From NCBI GenBank assembly GCA_032718475.1, contig JAUCBJ010003066.1, positions 1 through 64,000 on the forward strand: DNA of 64,000 bases, read 5' to 3'. A program made the position numbers and the translations under genes. Position 1 is the first letter of the stretch. Each line of letters begins with the position of its first letter. The DNA is from Nemertoderma westbladi. Taxonomy: Eukaryota; Animalia; Xenacoelomorpha. Under the pieces are notes generated by a model. That model ran no database searches. It worked only from the letters and a program-made list of their open reading frames with translations, and was not told the DNA's origin. Shown piece after piece: positions 23,701-38,700 of this stretch.

Positions 23701-26700
23701 TCGCGCCACTGTATAGGAAACAATATAAAACAATGTATGTGAGCCGCGCCACTCTATAGCAAACAATATAAAACAATGTCTGTGAGCCGCGCCACTCTAT
23801 AGGAAACAATATAAAACAATGTCCGAGTGCCACTCTATAAGAAACAATATAAAACAGTGTCTGTGAGTCGCGCCACTGTATAGGAAACAATATAAAACAA
23901 TGTCTGTGAGCCGCGCCACTGTATAGGAAACAATATAAAACAATGTCTGTGAGCCACTCTATAGGAAACAATATAAAACAATGTCTGTGAGTCGCGCCAC
24001 TGTATAGGAAACAATATAAAACAATGTCTGTGAGTCGCGCCACTGTATAGGAAACAATATAAAACAATGTCTGTGAGCCACTCTATAGGAAACAATATAA
24101 AACAATGTCTGTGAGTCGCGCCACTGTATAGGAAACAATATAAAACAATGTCTGTGAGTCGCGCCACTGTATAGGAAACAATATAAAACAATGTATGTGA
24201 GCCGCGCCACTCTATAGGAAACAATATAAAACAATGTCTGTGAGCCGCGCCACTGTATAGGAAACAATATAAAACAATGTCTGTGAGTCGCGCCACTGTA
24301 TAGGAAACAATATAAAACAATGTCTGTGAGTCGCGCCACTGTATAGGAAACAATATAAAACAATGTCTGTGAGCCACTCTATAGGAAACAATATAAAACA
24401 ATGTCTGTGAGCCGCGCCACTGTATAGGAAACAATATAAAACAATGTCTGTGAGTCGCGCCACTGTATAGGAAACAATATAAAACAATATCTGTGAGCCG
24501 CGCCACTCTATAGGAAACAATATAAAACAATGTCTGTGAGCCACTCTATAGGAAACAATATAAAACAATGTCCGAGGGCCACTCTATAGGAAACAATATA
24601 AAACAATGTCTGTGAGCCGCGCCACTCTATAGGAAACAATATAAAACAATGTCTGTGAGCCGCGCCACTCTATAGGAAACAATATAAAACAATGTCTGTG
24701 AGCCGCGCCACTCTATAGGAAACAATATAAAACAATGTTTGTGAGCCGCGCCACTGTATAGGAAACAATATAAAACAATGTCTGTGAGCCGCGCCACTGT
24801 ATAGGAAACAATATAAAACAATGTCTGTGAGCCACTCTATAGGAAACAATATAAAACAATGTCTGTGAGCCGAGCCACTCTATAGGAAACAATATAAAAC
24901 AATGTCAGTGAGCCGCGCCACTCTATAGGAAACAATATAAAACAATGTCCGAGTGCCACTCTATAGGAAACAATATAAAACAATGTCTGTGAGCCGAGCC
25001 ACTCTATAGGAAACAATATAAAACAATGTCAGTGAGCCGCGCCACTCTATAGGAAACAATATAAAACAATGTCCGAGTGCCACTCTATAGGAAACAATAT
25101 AAAACAATGTCTGTGAGCCGCGCCACTCTATAGGAAACAATATAAAACAATGTCTGTGAGCCGCGCCACTCTATAGGAAACAATATAAAACAATGACTGT
25201 GAGCCACTCTATAGGAAACAATATAAAACAATGTCTGTGAGCCGAGCCACTCTATAGGAAACAATATAAAACAATGTCTGTGAGCCGCGCCACTCTATAG
25301 GAAACAATATAAAACAATGTCTGTGAGCCACTCTATAGGAAACAATATAAAACAATGTCTGTGAGCCGCGCCACTCTATAGGAAACAATATAAAACAATG
25401 TCTGTGAGCCGCTCTATAGGAAACAATATAAAACAATGTCTGTGAGCCACTCTATAGGAAACAATATAAAACAATGACTGTGAGCCACTCTATAGGAAAC
25501 AATATAAAACAATGTCTGTGAGTTGCGCCACTGTATAGGAAACAATATAAAACAATGTCTGTGAGCCGCGCCACTCTATAGGAAACAATATAAAACAATG
25601 TCTGTGAGTCGCGCCACTCTATAGGAAACAATATAAAACAATGTCTGTGAGTCGCGCCACTGTATAGGAAACAATATAAAACAATGTCTGTGAGCCGCGC
25701 CACTGTATAGGAAACAATATAAAACAATGTCTGTGAGCCGCGCCACTGTATAGGAAACAATATAAAACAATGTCTGTGAGCCACTCTATAGGAAACAATA
25801 TAAAACAATGTCTGTGAGCCGCGCCACTCTATAGGAAACAATATAAAACAATGTCCGAGGGCCACTCTATAGGAAACAATATAAAACAATGTCTGTGAGC
25901 CACTCTATAGGAAACAATATAAAACAATGTCTGTGAGCCACTCTATAGGAAACAATATAAAACAATGTCTGTGAGTCGCGCCACTGTATAGGAAACAATA
26001 TAAAACAATGTCTGTGAGCCGCGCCACTCTATAGGAAACAATATAAAACAATGTCTGTGAGCCGCGCCACTCTATAGGAAACAATATAAAACAATGACTG
26101 TGAGCCACTCTATAGGAAACAATATAAAACAATGTCTGTGAGTTGCGCCACTGTATAGGAAACAATATAAAACAATGTCTGTGAGCCGCGCCACTCTATA
26201 GGAAACAATATAAAACAATGTCTGTGAGTCGCGCCACTCTATAGGAAACAATATAAAACAATGTCTGTGAGTCGCGCCACTGTATAGGAAACAATATAAA
26301 ACAATGTCTGTGAGCCGCGCCACTGTATAGGAAACAATATAAAACAATGTCTGTGAGCCACTCTATAGGAAACAATATAAAACAATGTCTGTGAGCCGAG
26401 CCACTCTATAGGAAACAATATAAAACAATGTCTGTGAGCCACTCTATAGGAAACAATATAAAACAATGTCTGTGAGTCGCGCCACTGTATAGGAAACAAT
26501 ATAAAACAATGTCTGTGAGCCGCGCCACTGTATAGGAAACAATATAAAACAATGTCTGTGAGTCGCGCCACTGTATAGGAAACAATATAAAACAATGTCT
26601 GTGAGCCGCGCCACTCTATAGGAAACAATATAAAACAATGTCTGTGAGCCGCGCCACTCTATAGGAAACAATATAAAACAATGTCTGTGAGCCGCGCCAC

Positions 26701-29700
26701 TCTATAGGAAACAATATAAAACAATGTCTGTGAGCCGCGCCACTCTATAGGAAACAATATAAAACAATGTCTGTGAGCCACTCTATAGGAAACAATATAA
26801 AACAATGTCAGTGAGCCATTCTATAGGAAACAATATAAAACAATGTATGTGAGCCACTCTATAGGAAACAATATAAAACAATGTCTGTGAGCCGCGCCAC
26901 TGTATAGGAAACAATATAAAACAATGTCTGTGAGCCACTCTATAGGAAACAATATAAAACAATGTCTGTGAGCCACTCTATAGGAAACAATATAAAACAA
27001 TGTCAGTGAGCCATTCTATAGGAAACAATATAAAACAATGTATGTGAGCCACTCTATAGGAAACAATATAAAACAATGTCTGTGAGCCGCGCCACTGTAT
27101 AGGAAACAATATAAAACAATGTCTGTGAGTCACTCTATAGGAAACAATATAAAACAATGACTGTGAGCCACTCTATAGGAAACAATATAAAACAATGTCT
27201 GTGAGCCACTCTATAGGAAACAATATAAAACAATGTCTGTGAACCGCGCCACTCTATAGGAAACAATATAAAACAATGTCTGTGAACCGCGCCACTCTAT
27301 AGGAAACAATATAAAACAATGTCTGTGAGCCACTCTATAGGAAACAATATAAAACAATGTCTGTGAGCCACTCTATAAGAAACAATATAAAACAATGTCT
27401 GTGAGCCGCGCCACTCTATAGGAAACAATATAAAACAATGTCTGTGAGCCACTCTATAGGAAACAATATAAAACAATGTCTGTGAGTCACTCTATAGGAA
27501 ACAATATAAAACAATGTCTGTGAATCACTCTATAGGAAACAATATAAAACAATGACTGTGAGCCACTCTATAGGAAACAATATAAAACAATGTCTGTGAG
27601 CCACTCTATAGGAAACAATATAAAACAATGTCTGTGAACCACTCTATAGGAAACAATATAAAACAATGTCTGTGAGCCACTCTATAGGAAACAATATAAA
27701 ACAATGTCTGTGAGCCGCGCCACTCTATAGGAAACAATATAAAACAATGTCTGTGAGCCACTCTATAGGAAACAATATAAAACAATGTCCGAGTGCCACT
27801 CTATAGGAAACAATATAAAACAATGTCTGTGAGCCACTCTATAGGAAACAATATAAAACAATGTCTGTGAGCCGCGCCACTCTATAGGAAACAATATAAA
27901 ACAATGTCTGTGAGCCACTCTATAGGAAACAATATAAAACAATGTCTGTGAGCCGCGCCACTCTATAGGAAACAATATAAAACAATGTCTGTGAGCCACT
28001 CTATAGGAAACAATATAAAACAATGTCTGTGAGCCGCGCCACTCTATAGGAAACAATATAAAACAATGTCTGTGAGCCACTCTATAGGAAACAATATAAA
28101 ACAATGTCTGTGAGCCGCGCCACTCTATAGGAAACAATATAAAACAATGTCTGTGAGCCGCGCCACTCTATAGGAAACAATATAAAACAATGTCTGTGAG
28201 CCACTCTATAGGAAACAATACAAAACAATGTCTGTGAGCAGCGCCACTCTATAGGAAACAATATAAAACAATGTCTATGAGCCGCGCCACTCTATAGGAA
28301 ACAATATAAAACAATGTCTGTGAGCCACTCTATAGGAAACAATATAAAACAACGTCTGTGAGCCGCGCCACTCTATAGGAAACAATATAAAACAATGTCT
28401 GTGAGCCGCGCCACTCTATAGGAAACAATATAAAACAATGTCTGTGAGCCGCGCCACTCTATAGGAAACAATATAAAACAATGTCTGTGAGCCGCGCCAC
28501 TCTATAGGAAACAATATAAAACAATGTCTGTGAGCCACTCTATAGGAAACAATATAAAACAATGTCTGTGAGCCGCGCCACTCTATAGGAAACAATATAA
28601 AACAATGTCTGCGAGCCACTCTATAGGAAACAACATAAAACAATGTCTGTGAACCACTCTATAGGAAACAATATAAAACAATGTCTGTGAGCCGCGCCAC
28701 TCTATAGGAAACAATATAAAACAATGACTGTGAGCCACTCTATATGAAACAATATAAAACAATGACTGTGAGCCACTCTATAGGAAACAATATAAAACAA
28801 TGTCTGTGAGCCGCGCCACTCTATATGAAACAATATAAAACAATGACTGTGAGCCACTCTATAGGAAACAATACAAAACAATGTCTGTGAGCCATTCTAT
28901 AGGAAACAATATAAAACAATGTCTGTGAACCACTCTATAGGAAACAATATAAAACAATGTCTGTGAGCCACTCTATAGGAAACAATATAAAACAATGTCT
29001 GTGAGCCGCGCCACTCTATAGGAAACAATATAAAACAATGTCTGTGAGCCACTCTATAGGAAACAATATAAAACAATGTCTGTGAGTCGCGCCACTGTAT
29101 AGGAAACAATATAAAACAATGTCTGTGAGTCGCGCCACTGTATAGGAAACAATATAAAACAATGTCTGTGAGCCACTCTATAGGAAACAATATAAAACAA
29201 TGTCTGTGAGTCGCGCCACTGTATAGGAAACAATATAAAACAATGTCTGTGAGTCGCGCCACTGTATAGGAAACAATATAAAACAATGTATGTGAGCCGC
29301 GCCACTCTATAGGAAACAATATAAAACAATGTCTGTGAGCCGCGCCACTGTATAGGAAACAATATAAAACAATGTCTGTGAGTCGCGCCACTGTATAGGA
29401 AACAATATAAAACAATGTCTGTGAGCCGCGCCACTCTATAGGAAACAATATAAAACAATGACTGTGAGCCACTCTATAGGAAACAATATAAAACAATGTC
29501 TGTGAGTCGAGCCACTGTATAGGAAACAATATAAAACAATGTCTGTGAGTCGCGCCACTGTATAGGAAACAATATAAAACAATGTATGTGAGCCGCGCCA
29601 CTCTATAGGAAACAATATAAAACAATGTCTGTGAGCCGCGCCACTGTATAGGAAACAATATAAAACAATGTCTGTGAGTCGCGCCACTGTATAGGAAACA

Positions 29701-32700
29701 ATATAAAACAATGTCTGTGAGTCGCGCCACTGTATAGGAAACAATATAAAACAATGTATGTGAGCCGCGCCACTCTATAGCAAACAATATAAAACAATGT
29801 CTGTGAGCCGCGCCACTCTATAGGAAACAATATAAAACAATGTCCGAGTGCCACTCTATAAGAAACAATATAAAACAGTGTCTGTGAGTCGCGCCACTGT
29901 ATAGGAAACAATATAAAACAATGTCTGTGAGCCGCGCCACTGTATAGGAAACAATATAAAACAATGTCTGTGAGCCACTCTATAGGAAACAATATAAAAC
30001 AATGTCTGTGAGTCGCGCCACTGTATAGGAAACAATATAAAACAATGTCTGTGAGTCGCGCCACTGTATAGGAAACAATATAAAACAATGTCTGTGAGCC
30101 ACTCTATAGGAAACAATATAAAACAATGTCTGTGAGTCGCGCCACTGTATAGGAAACAATATAAAACAATGTCTGTGAGTCGCGCCACTGTATAGGAAAC
30201 AATATAAAACAATGTATGTGAGCCGCGCCACTCTATAGGAAACAATATAAAACAATGTCTGTGAGCCGCGCCACTGTATAGGAAACAATATAAAACAATG
30301 TCTGTGAGTCGCGCCACTGTATAGGAAACAATATAAAACAATGTCTGTGAGTCGCGCCACTGTATAGGAAACAATATAAAACAATGTCTGTGAGCCACTC
30401 TATAGGAAACAATATAAAACAATGTCTGTGAGCCGCGCCACTGTATAGGAAACAATATAAAACAATGTCTGTGAGTCGCGCCACTGTATAGGAAACAATA
30501 TAAAACAATATCTGTGAGCCGCGCCACTCTATAGGAAACAATATAAAACAATGTCTGTGAGCCACTCTATAGGAAACAATATAAAACAATGTCTGTGAGC
30601 CACTCTATAGGAAACAATATAAAACAATGTCCGAGGGCCACTCTATAGGAAACAATATAAAACAATGTCTGTGAGCCGCGCCACTCTATAGGAAACAATA
30701 TAAAACAATGTCTGTGAGCCGCGCCACTCTATAGGAAACAATATAAAACAATGTCTGTGAGCCGCGCCACTCTATAGGAAACAATATAAAACAATGTTTG
30801 TGAGCCGCGCCACTGTATAGGAAACAATATAAAACAATGTCTGTGAGCCGCGCCACTGTATAGGAAACAATATAAAACAATGTCTGTGAGCCACTCTATA
30901 GGAAACAATATAAAACAATGTCTGTGAGCCGAGCCACTCTATAGGAAACAATATAAAACAATGTCAGTGAGCCGCGCCACTCTATAGGAAACAATATAAA
31001 ACAATGTCCGAGTGCCACTCTATAGGAAACAATATAAAACAATGTCTGTGAGCCGAGCCACTCTATAGGAAACAATATAAAACAATGTCAGTGAGCCGCG
31101 CCACTCTATAGGAAACAATATAAAACAATGTCCGAGTGCCACTCTATAGGAAACAATATAAAACAATGTCTGTGAGCCGCGCCACTCTATAGGAAACAAT
31201 ATAAAACAATGTCTGTGAGCCGCGCCACTCTATAGGAAACAATATAAAACAATGACTGTGAGCCACTCTATAGGAAACAATATAAAACAATGTCTGTGAG
31301 CCGAGCCACTCTATAGGAAACAATATAAAACAATGTCTGTGAGCCGCGCCACTCTATAGGAAACAATATAAAACAATGTCTGTGAGCCACTCTATAGGAA
31401 ACAATATAAAACAATGTCTGTGAGCCGCGCCACTCTATAGGAAACAATATAAAACAATGTCTGTGAGCCGCTCTATAGGAAACAATATAAAACAATGTCT
31501 GTGAGCCACTCTATAGGAAACAATATAAAACAATGACTGTGAGCCACTCTATAGGAAACAATATAAAACAATGTCTGTGAGTTGCGCCACTGTATAGGAA
31601 ACAATATAAAACAATGTCTGTGAGCCGCGCCACTCTATAGGAAACAATATAAAACAATGTCTGTGAGTCGCGCCACTCTATAGGAAACAATATAAAACAA
31701 TGTCTGTGAGTCGCGCCACTGTATAGGAAACAATATAAAACAATGTCTGTGAGCCGCGCCACTGTATAGGAAACAATATAAAACAATGTCTGTGAGCCGC
31801 GCCACTGTATAGGAAACAATATAAAACAATGTCTGTGAGCCACTCTATAGGAAACAATATAAAACAATGTCTGTGAGCCGCGCCACTCTATAGGAAACAA
31901 TATAAAACAATGTCCGAGGGCCACTCTATAGGAAACAATATAAAACAATGTCTGTGAGCCACTCTATAGGAAACAATATAAAACAATGTCTGTGAGCCAC
32001 TCTATAGGAAACAATATAAAACAATGTCTGTGAGTCGCGCCACTGTATAGGAAACAATATAAAACAATGTCTGTGAGCCGCGCCACTCTATAGGAAACAA
32101 TATAAAACAATGTCTGTGAGCCGCGCCACTCTATAGGAAACAATATAAAACAATGACTGTGAGCCACTCTATAGGAAACAATATAAAACAATGTCTGTGA
32201 GTTGCGCCACTGTATAGGAAACAATATAAAACAATGTCTGTGAGCCGCGCCACTCTATAGGAAACAATATAAAACAATGTCTGTGAGTCGCGCCACTCTA
32301 TAGGAAACAATATAAAACAATGTCTGTGAGTCGCGCCACTGTATAGGAAACAATATAAAACAATGTCTGTGAGCCGCGCCACTGTATAGGAAACAATATA
32401 AAACAATGTCTGTGAGCCGCGCCACTGTATAGGAAACAATATAAAACAATGTCTGTGAGCCACTCTATAGGAAACAATATAAAACAATGTCTGTGAGCCG
32501 CGCCACTCTATAGGAAACAATATAAAACAATGTCCGAGGGCCACTCTATAGGAAACAATATAAAACAATGTCTGTGAGCCACTCTATAGGAAACAATATA
32601 AAACAATGTCTGTGAGCCACTCTATAGGAAACAATATAAAACAATGTCTGTGAGTCGCGCCACTGCATAGGAAACAATATAAAACAATGTCTGTGAGCCG

Positions 32701-35700
32701 CGCCACTCTATAGGAAACAATATAAAACAATGTCTGTGAGCCGCGCCACTCTATAGGAAACAATATAAAACAATGACTGTGAGCCACTCTATAGGAAACA
32801 ATATAAAACAATGTCTGTGAGTTGCGCCACTGTATAGGAAACAATATAAAACAATGTCTGTGAGCCGCGCCACTCTATAGGAAACAATATAAAACAATGT
32901 CTGTGAGTCGCGCCACTCTATAGGAAACAATATAAAACAATGTCTGTGAGTCGCGCCACTGTATAGGAAACAATATAAAACAATGTCTGTGAGCCGCGCC
33001 ACTGTATAGGAAACAATATAAAACAATGTCTGTGAGCCGCGCCACTGTATAGGAAACAATATAAAACAATGTCTGTGAGCCACTCTATAGGAAACAATAT
33101 AAAACAATGTCTGTGAGCCGAGCCACTCTATAGGAAACAATATAAAACAATGTCTGTGAGCCACTCTATAGGAAACAATATAAAACAATGTCTGTGAGTC
33201 GCGCCACTGTATAGGAAACAATATAAAACAATGTCTGTGAGCCGCGCCACTGTATAGGAAACAATATAAAACAATGTCTGTGAGCCACTCTATAGGAAAC
33301 AATATAAAACAATGTCTGTGAGCCGCGCCACTCTATAGGAAACAATATAAAACAATGTCTGTGAGCCGCGCCACTCTATAGGAAACAATATAAAACAATG
33401 TCTGTGAGCCGCGCCACTCTATAGGAAACAATATAAAACAATGTCTGTGAGCCGCGCCACTCTATAGGAAACAATATAAAACAATGTCTGTGAGCCACTC
33501 TATAGGAAACAATATAAAACAATGTCAGTGAGCCATTCTATAGGAAACAATATAAAACAATGTATGTGAGCCACTCTATAGGAAACAATATAAAACAATG
33601 TCTGTGAGCCGCGCCACTGTATAGGAAACAATATAAAACAATGTCTGTGAGCCACTCTATAGAAAACAATATAAAACAATGTCTGTGAGCCACTCTATAG
33701 GAAACAATATAAAACAATGTCAGTGAGCCATTCTATAGGAAACAATATAAAACAATGTATGTGAGCCACTCTATAGGAAACAATATAAAACAATGTCTGT
33801 GAGCCGCGCCACTGTATAGGAAACAATATAAAACAATGTCTGTGAGTCACTCTATAGGAAACAATATAAAACAATGACTGTGAGCCACTCTATAGGAAAC
33901 AATATAAAACAATGTCTGTGAGCCACTCTATAGGAAACAATATAAAACAATGTCTGTGAACCGCGCCACTCTATAGGAAACAATATAAAACAATGTCTGT
34001 GCACCGCGCCACTCTATAGGAAACAATATAAAACAATGTCTGTGAGCCACTCTATAGGAAACAATATAAAACAATGTCTGTGAGCCACTCTATAAGAAAC
34101 AATATAAAACAATGTCTGTGAGCCGCGCCACTCTATAGGAAACAATATAAAACAATGTCTGTGAGCCACTCTATAGGAAACAATATAAAACAATGTCTGT
34201 GAGTCACTCTATAGGAAACAATATAAAACAATGTCTGTGAATCACTCTATAGGAAACAATATAAAACAATGACTGTGAGCCACTCTATAGGAAACAATAT
34301 AAAACAATGTCTGTGAGCCACTCTATAGGAAACAATATAAAACAATGTCTGTGAACCACTCTATAGGAAACAATATAAAACAATGTCTGTGAGCCACTCT
34401 ATAGGAAACAATATAAAACAATGTCTGTGAGCCGCGCCACTCTATAGGAAACAATATAAAACAATGTCTGTGAGCCACTCTATAGGAAACAATATAAAAC
34501 AATGTCCGAGTGCCACTCTATAGGAAACAATATAAAACAATGTCTGTGAGCCACTCTATAGGAAACAATATAAAACAATGTCTGTGAGCCACTCTATAGG
34601 AAACAATATAAAACAATGTCTGTGAGCCACTCTATAGGAAACAATATAAAACAATGTCTGTGAGCCACTCTATAGGAAACAATATAAAACAATGTCTGTG
34701 AGCCGCGCCACTCTATAGGAAACAATATAAAACAATGTCTGTGAGCCACTCTATAGGAAACAATATAAAACAATGACTGTGAGCCGCGCCATTCTATAGG
34801 AAACAATATAAAACAATGTCTGTGAGCCACTCTATAGGAAACAATATAAAACAATGTCTGTGAGCCACTCTATAGGAAACAATATAAAACAATGACTGTG
34901 AGCCACTCTATAGGAAACAATATAAAACAATGTCTGTGGGCCACTCTATAGGAAACAATAGAAAACAATGTCTGTGAGCCACTCTATAGGAAACAATATA
35001 AAACAATGTCTGTGAGCCACTCTATAGGAAACAATATAAAACAATGTCTGTGGGCCACTCTATAGGAAACAATATAAAACAATGTCTGTGAGCCACTCTA
35101 TAGGAAACAATATAAAACAATGTCCGAGTGCCACTCTATAGGAAACAATATAAAACAATGTCTGTGAGCCACTCTATAGGAAACAATATAAAACAATGTC
35201 TGTGAGCCACTCTATAGGAAACAATATAAAACAATGTCCGAGTGCCACTCTATAGGAAACAATATAAAACAATGTCTGTGAGCCACTCTATAGGAAACAA
35301 TATAAAACAATGTCTGTGAGCCACTCTATAGGAAACAATATAAAACAATGACTGTGAGCCACTCTATAGGAAACAATATAAAACAATGTCTGTGAGCCAC
35401 TCTATAGGAAACAATATAAAACAATGTCTGTGAGCCGCGCCACTCTATAGGAAACAATATAAAACAATGTCTGTGAGCCACTCTATAGGAAGCAATATAA
35501 AACAATGTCTGTGAGCCACTCTATAGGAAACAATATAAAACAATGACTGTGAGCCATTCTATAGGAAACAATATAAAACAATGTCTGTGAGCCGCTCTAT
35601 AGGAAACAATATAAAACAATGTATGTCTGTGAGCCGCGCCACTCTATAGGAAACAATATAAAACAATGTCCGAGTGCCACTCTATAGGAAACAATATAAA

Positions 35701-38700
35701 ACAATGACAGTGAGCCGCGCCACTCTATAGGAAACAATATAAAACAATGTATGTGAGCCACTCTATAGGAAACAATATAAAACAATGTCTGTGAGCCGCG
35801 CCACTCTATAGGAAACAATATAAAACAATGACTGTGAGCCACTCTATAGGAAACAATATAAAACAATGACTGTGAGCCGCGCCACTCTATAGGAAACAAT
35901 ATAAAACAATGTCTGTGAGCCACTCTATAGGAAACAATATAAAACAATGACTGTGAGCCGCGCCACTCTATAGGAAACAATATAAAACAATGTATGTGAG
36001 CCACTCTATAGGAAACAATATAAAACAATGTCTGTGAGCCGCGCCACTCTATAGGAAACAATATAAAACAATGTCTGTGAGCCGCGCCACTCTATAGGAA
36101 ACAATATAAAACAATGTCTGTGAGCCGCTCTATAGGAAACAATATAAAACAATGTCTGTGAGCCACTCTATAGGAAACAATATAAAACAATGTATGTGAG
36201 CCACTCTATAGGAAACAATATAAAACAATGTCTGTGAGCCGCGCCACTCTATAGGAAACAATATAAAACAATGACTGTGAGCCACTCTATAGGAAACAAT
36301 ATAAAACAATGACTGTGAGCCGCGCCACTCTATAGGAAACAATATAAAACAATGTATGTGAGCCACTCTATAGGAAACAATATAAAACAATGACTGTGAG
36401 CCGAGCCACTGTATAGGAAACAATATAAAACAATGTCTGTGAGCCACTCTATAGGAAACAATATAAAACAATGACTGTGAGCCGCGCCACTCTATAGGAA
36501 ACAATATAAAACAATGTATGTGAGCCACTCTATAGGAAACAATATAAAACAATGTCTGTGAGCCGCGCCACTGTATAGGAAACAATATAAAACAATGACT
36601 GTGAGCCGCGCCACTCTATAGGAAACAATATAAAACAATGTATGTGAGCCACTCTATAGGAAACAATATAAAACAATGTCTGTGAGCCGCGCCACTGTAT
36701 AGGAAACAATATAAAACAATGTCTGTGAGCCGCTCTATAGGAAACAATATAAAACAATGTCTGTGAGCCACTCTATAGGAAACAATATAAAACAATGTCT
36801 GTGAGCCGCGCCACTCTATAGGAAACAATATAAAACAATGTCTGTGAGCCACTCTATAGGAAACAATATAAAACAATGTCTGTGAGCCACTCTATAGGAA
36901 ACAATATAAAACAATGTCTGTGAGCCACTCTATAGGAAACAATATAAAACAATGTCTGTGAGCCGCTCTATACGAAACAATATAAAACAATGTCTGTGAG
37001 CCACTCTATAGGAAACAATATAAAACAACGTCTGTGAGTCGCGCCACTGTATAGGAAACAATATAAAACAATGTCTGTGAGCCGCGCCACTCTATAGGAA
37101 ACAATATAAAACAATGTCTGTGAGCCGCGCCACTCTATAGGAAACAATATAAAACAATGTCTGTGAGCCACTCTATAGGAAACAATATAAAACAATGTCT
37201 GTGAGCCGCTCTATAGGAAACAATATAAAACAATGTCCGAGTGCCACTCTATAGGAAACAATATAAAACAATGTCTGTGAGCCACTCTATAGGAAACAAT
37301 ATAAAACAATGTCTGTGAGCCGAGCCACTCTATAGGAAACAATATAAAACAATGTCTGTGAGCCACTCTATAGGAAACAATATAAAACAATGTCTGTGAG
37401 CCACTCTATAGGAAACAATATAAAACAATGTCTGTGAGCCGCGCCACTCTATAGGAAACAATATAAAACAATGTCTGTGAGCCATTCTATAGGAAACAAT
37501 ATAAAACAATGTCTGTGAGCCGCGCCACTCTATAGGAAACAATATAAAACAATGTCTGTGAGCCACTCTATAGGAAACAATATAAAACAATGTCTGTGAG
37601 CCACTCTATAGGAAACAATATAAAACAATGTCTGTGAGCCACTCTATAGGAAACAATATAAAACAATGACTGTGAGCCGCGCCATTCTATAGGAAACAAT
37701 ATAAAACAATGTCTGTGAGCCACTCTATAGGAAACAATATAAAACAATGTCTGTGAGCCGCGCCACTCTATAGGAAACAATATAAAACAATGTCTGTGAG
37801 CCACTCTATAGAAAACAATATAAAACAATGTCTGTGAGCCGCGCCACTCTATAGGAAACAATATAAAACAATGTCTGTGAGCCGCGCCACTCTATAGGAA
37901 ACAATATAAAACAATGTCTGTGAGCCACTCTATAGGAAACAATATAAAACAATGTCTGTGAGCCGCGCCACTCTATAGGAAACAATATAAAACAATGTCT
38001 GTGAGCCGCTCTATAGGAAACAATATAAAACAATGTCTGTGAGCCGCGCCACTCTATAGGAAACAATATAAAACAATGTCTGTGAGCCGCTCTATAGGAA
38101 ACAATATAAAACAATGTCTGTGAGCCGCGCCACTCTATAGGAAACAATATAAAACAATGTCTGTGAGCCACTCTATAGGAAACAATATAAAACAATGTCT
38201 GTGAGCCGCGCCACTCTATAGGAAACAATATAAAACAATGTATGTGAGCCACTCCATAGGAAACAATATAAAACAATGTCTGTGAGCCGCGCCACTCTAT
38301 AGGAAACAATATAAAACAATGTCTGTGAGCCGCGCCACTCTATAGGAAACAATATAAAACAATGTCTGTGAGCCGCGCCACTCTATAGGAAACAATACAA
38401 AACAATGTCTGTGAGCCGCTCTATAGGAAACAATACAAAACAATGTCTGTGAGCCGCGCCACTCTATAGGAAACAATATAAAACAATGTCTGTGAGCCAC
38501 TCTATAGGAAACAATATAAAACAATGTCTGTGAGCCGCGCCACTCTATAGGAAACAATATAAAACAATGTCTGTGAGCCACTCTATAGGAAACAATATAA
38601 AACAATGTCTGTGAGCCACTCTATAGGAAACAATATAAAACAATGTCTGTGAGCCGTGCCACTCTATAGGAAACAATATAAAACAATGTCTGTGAGCCAC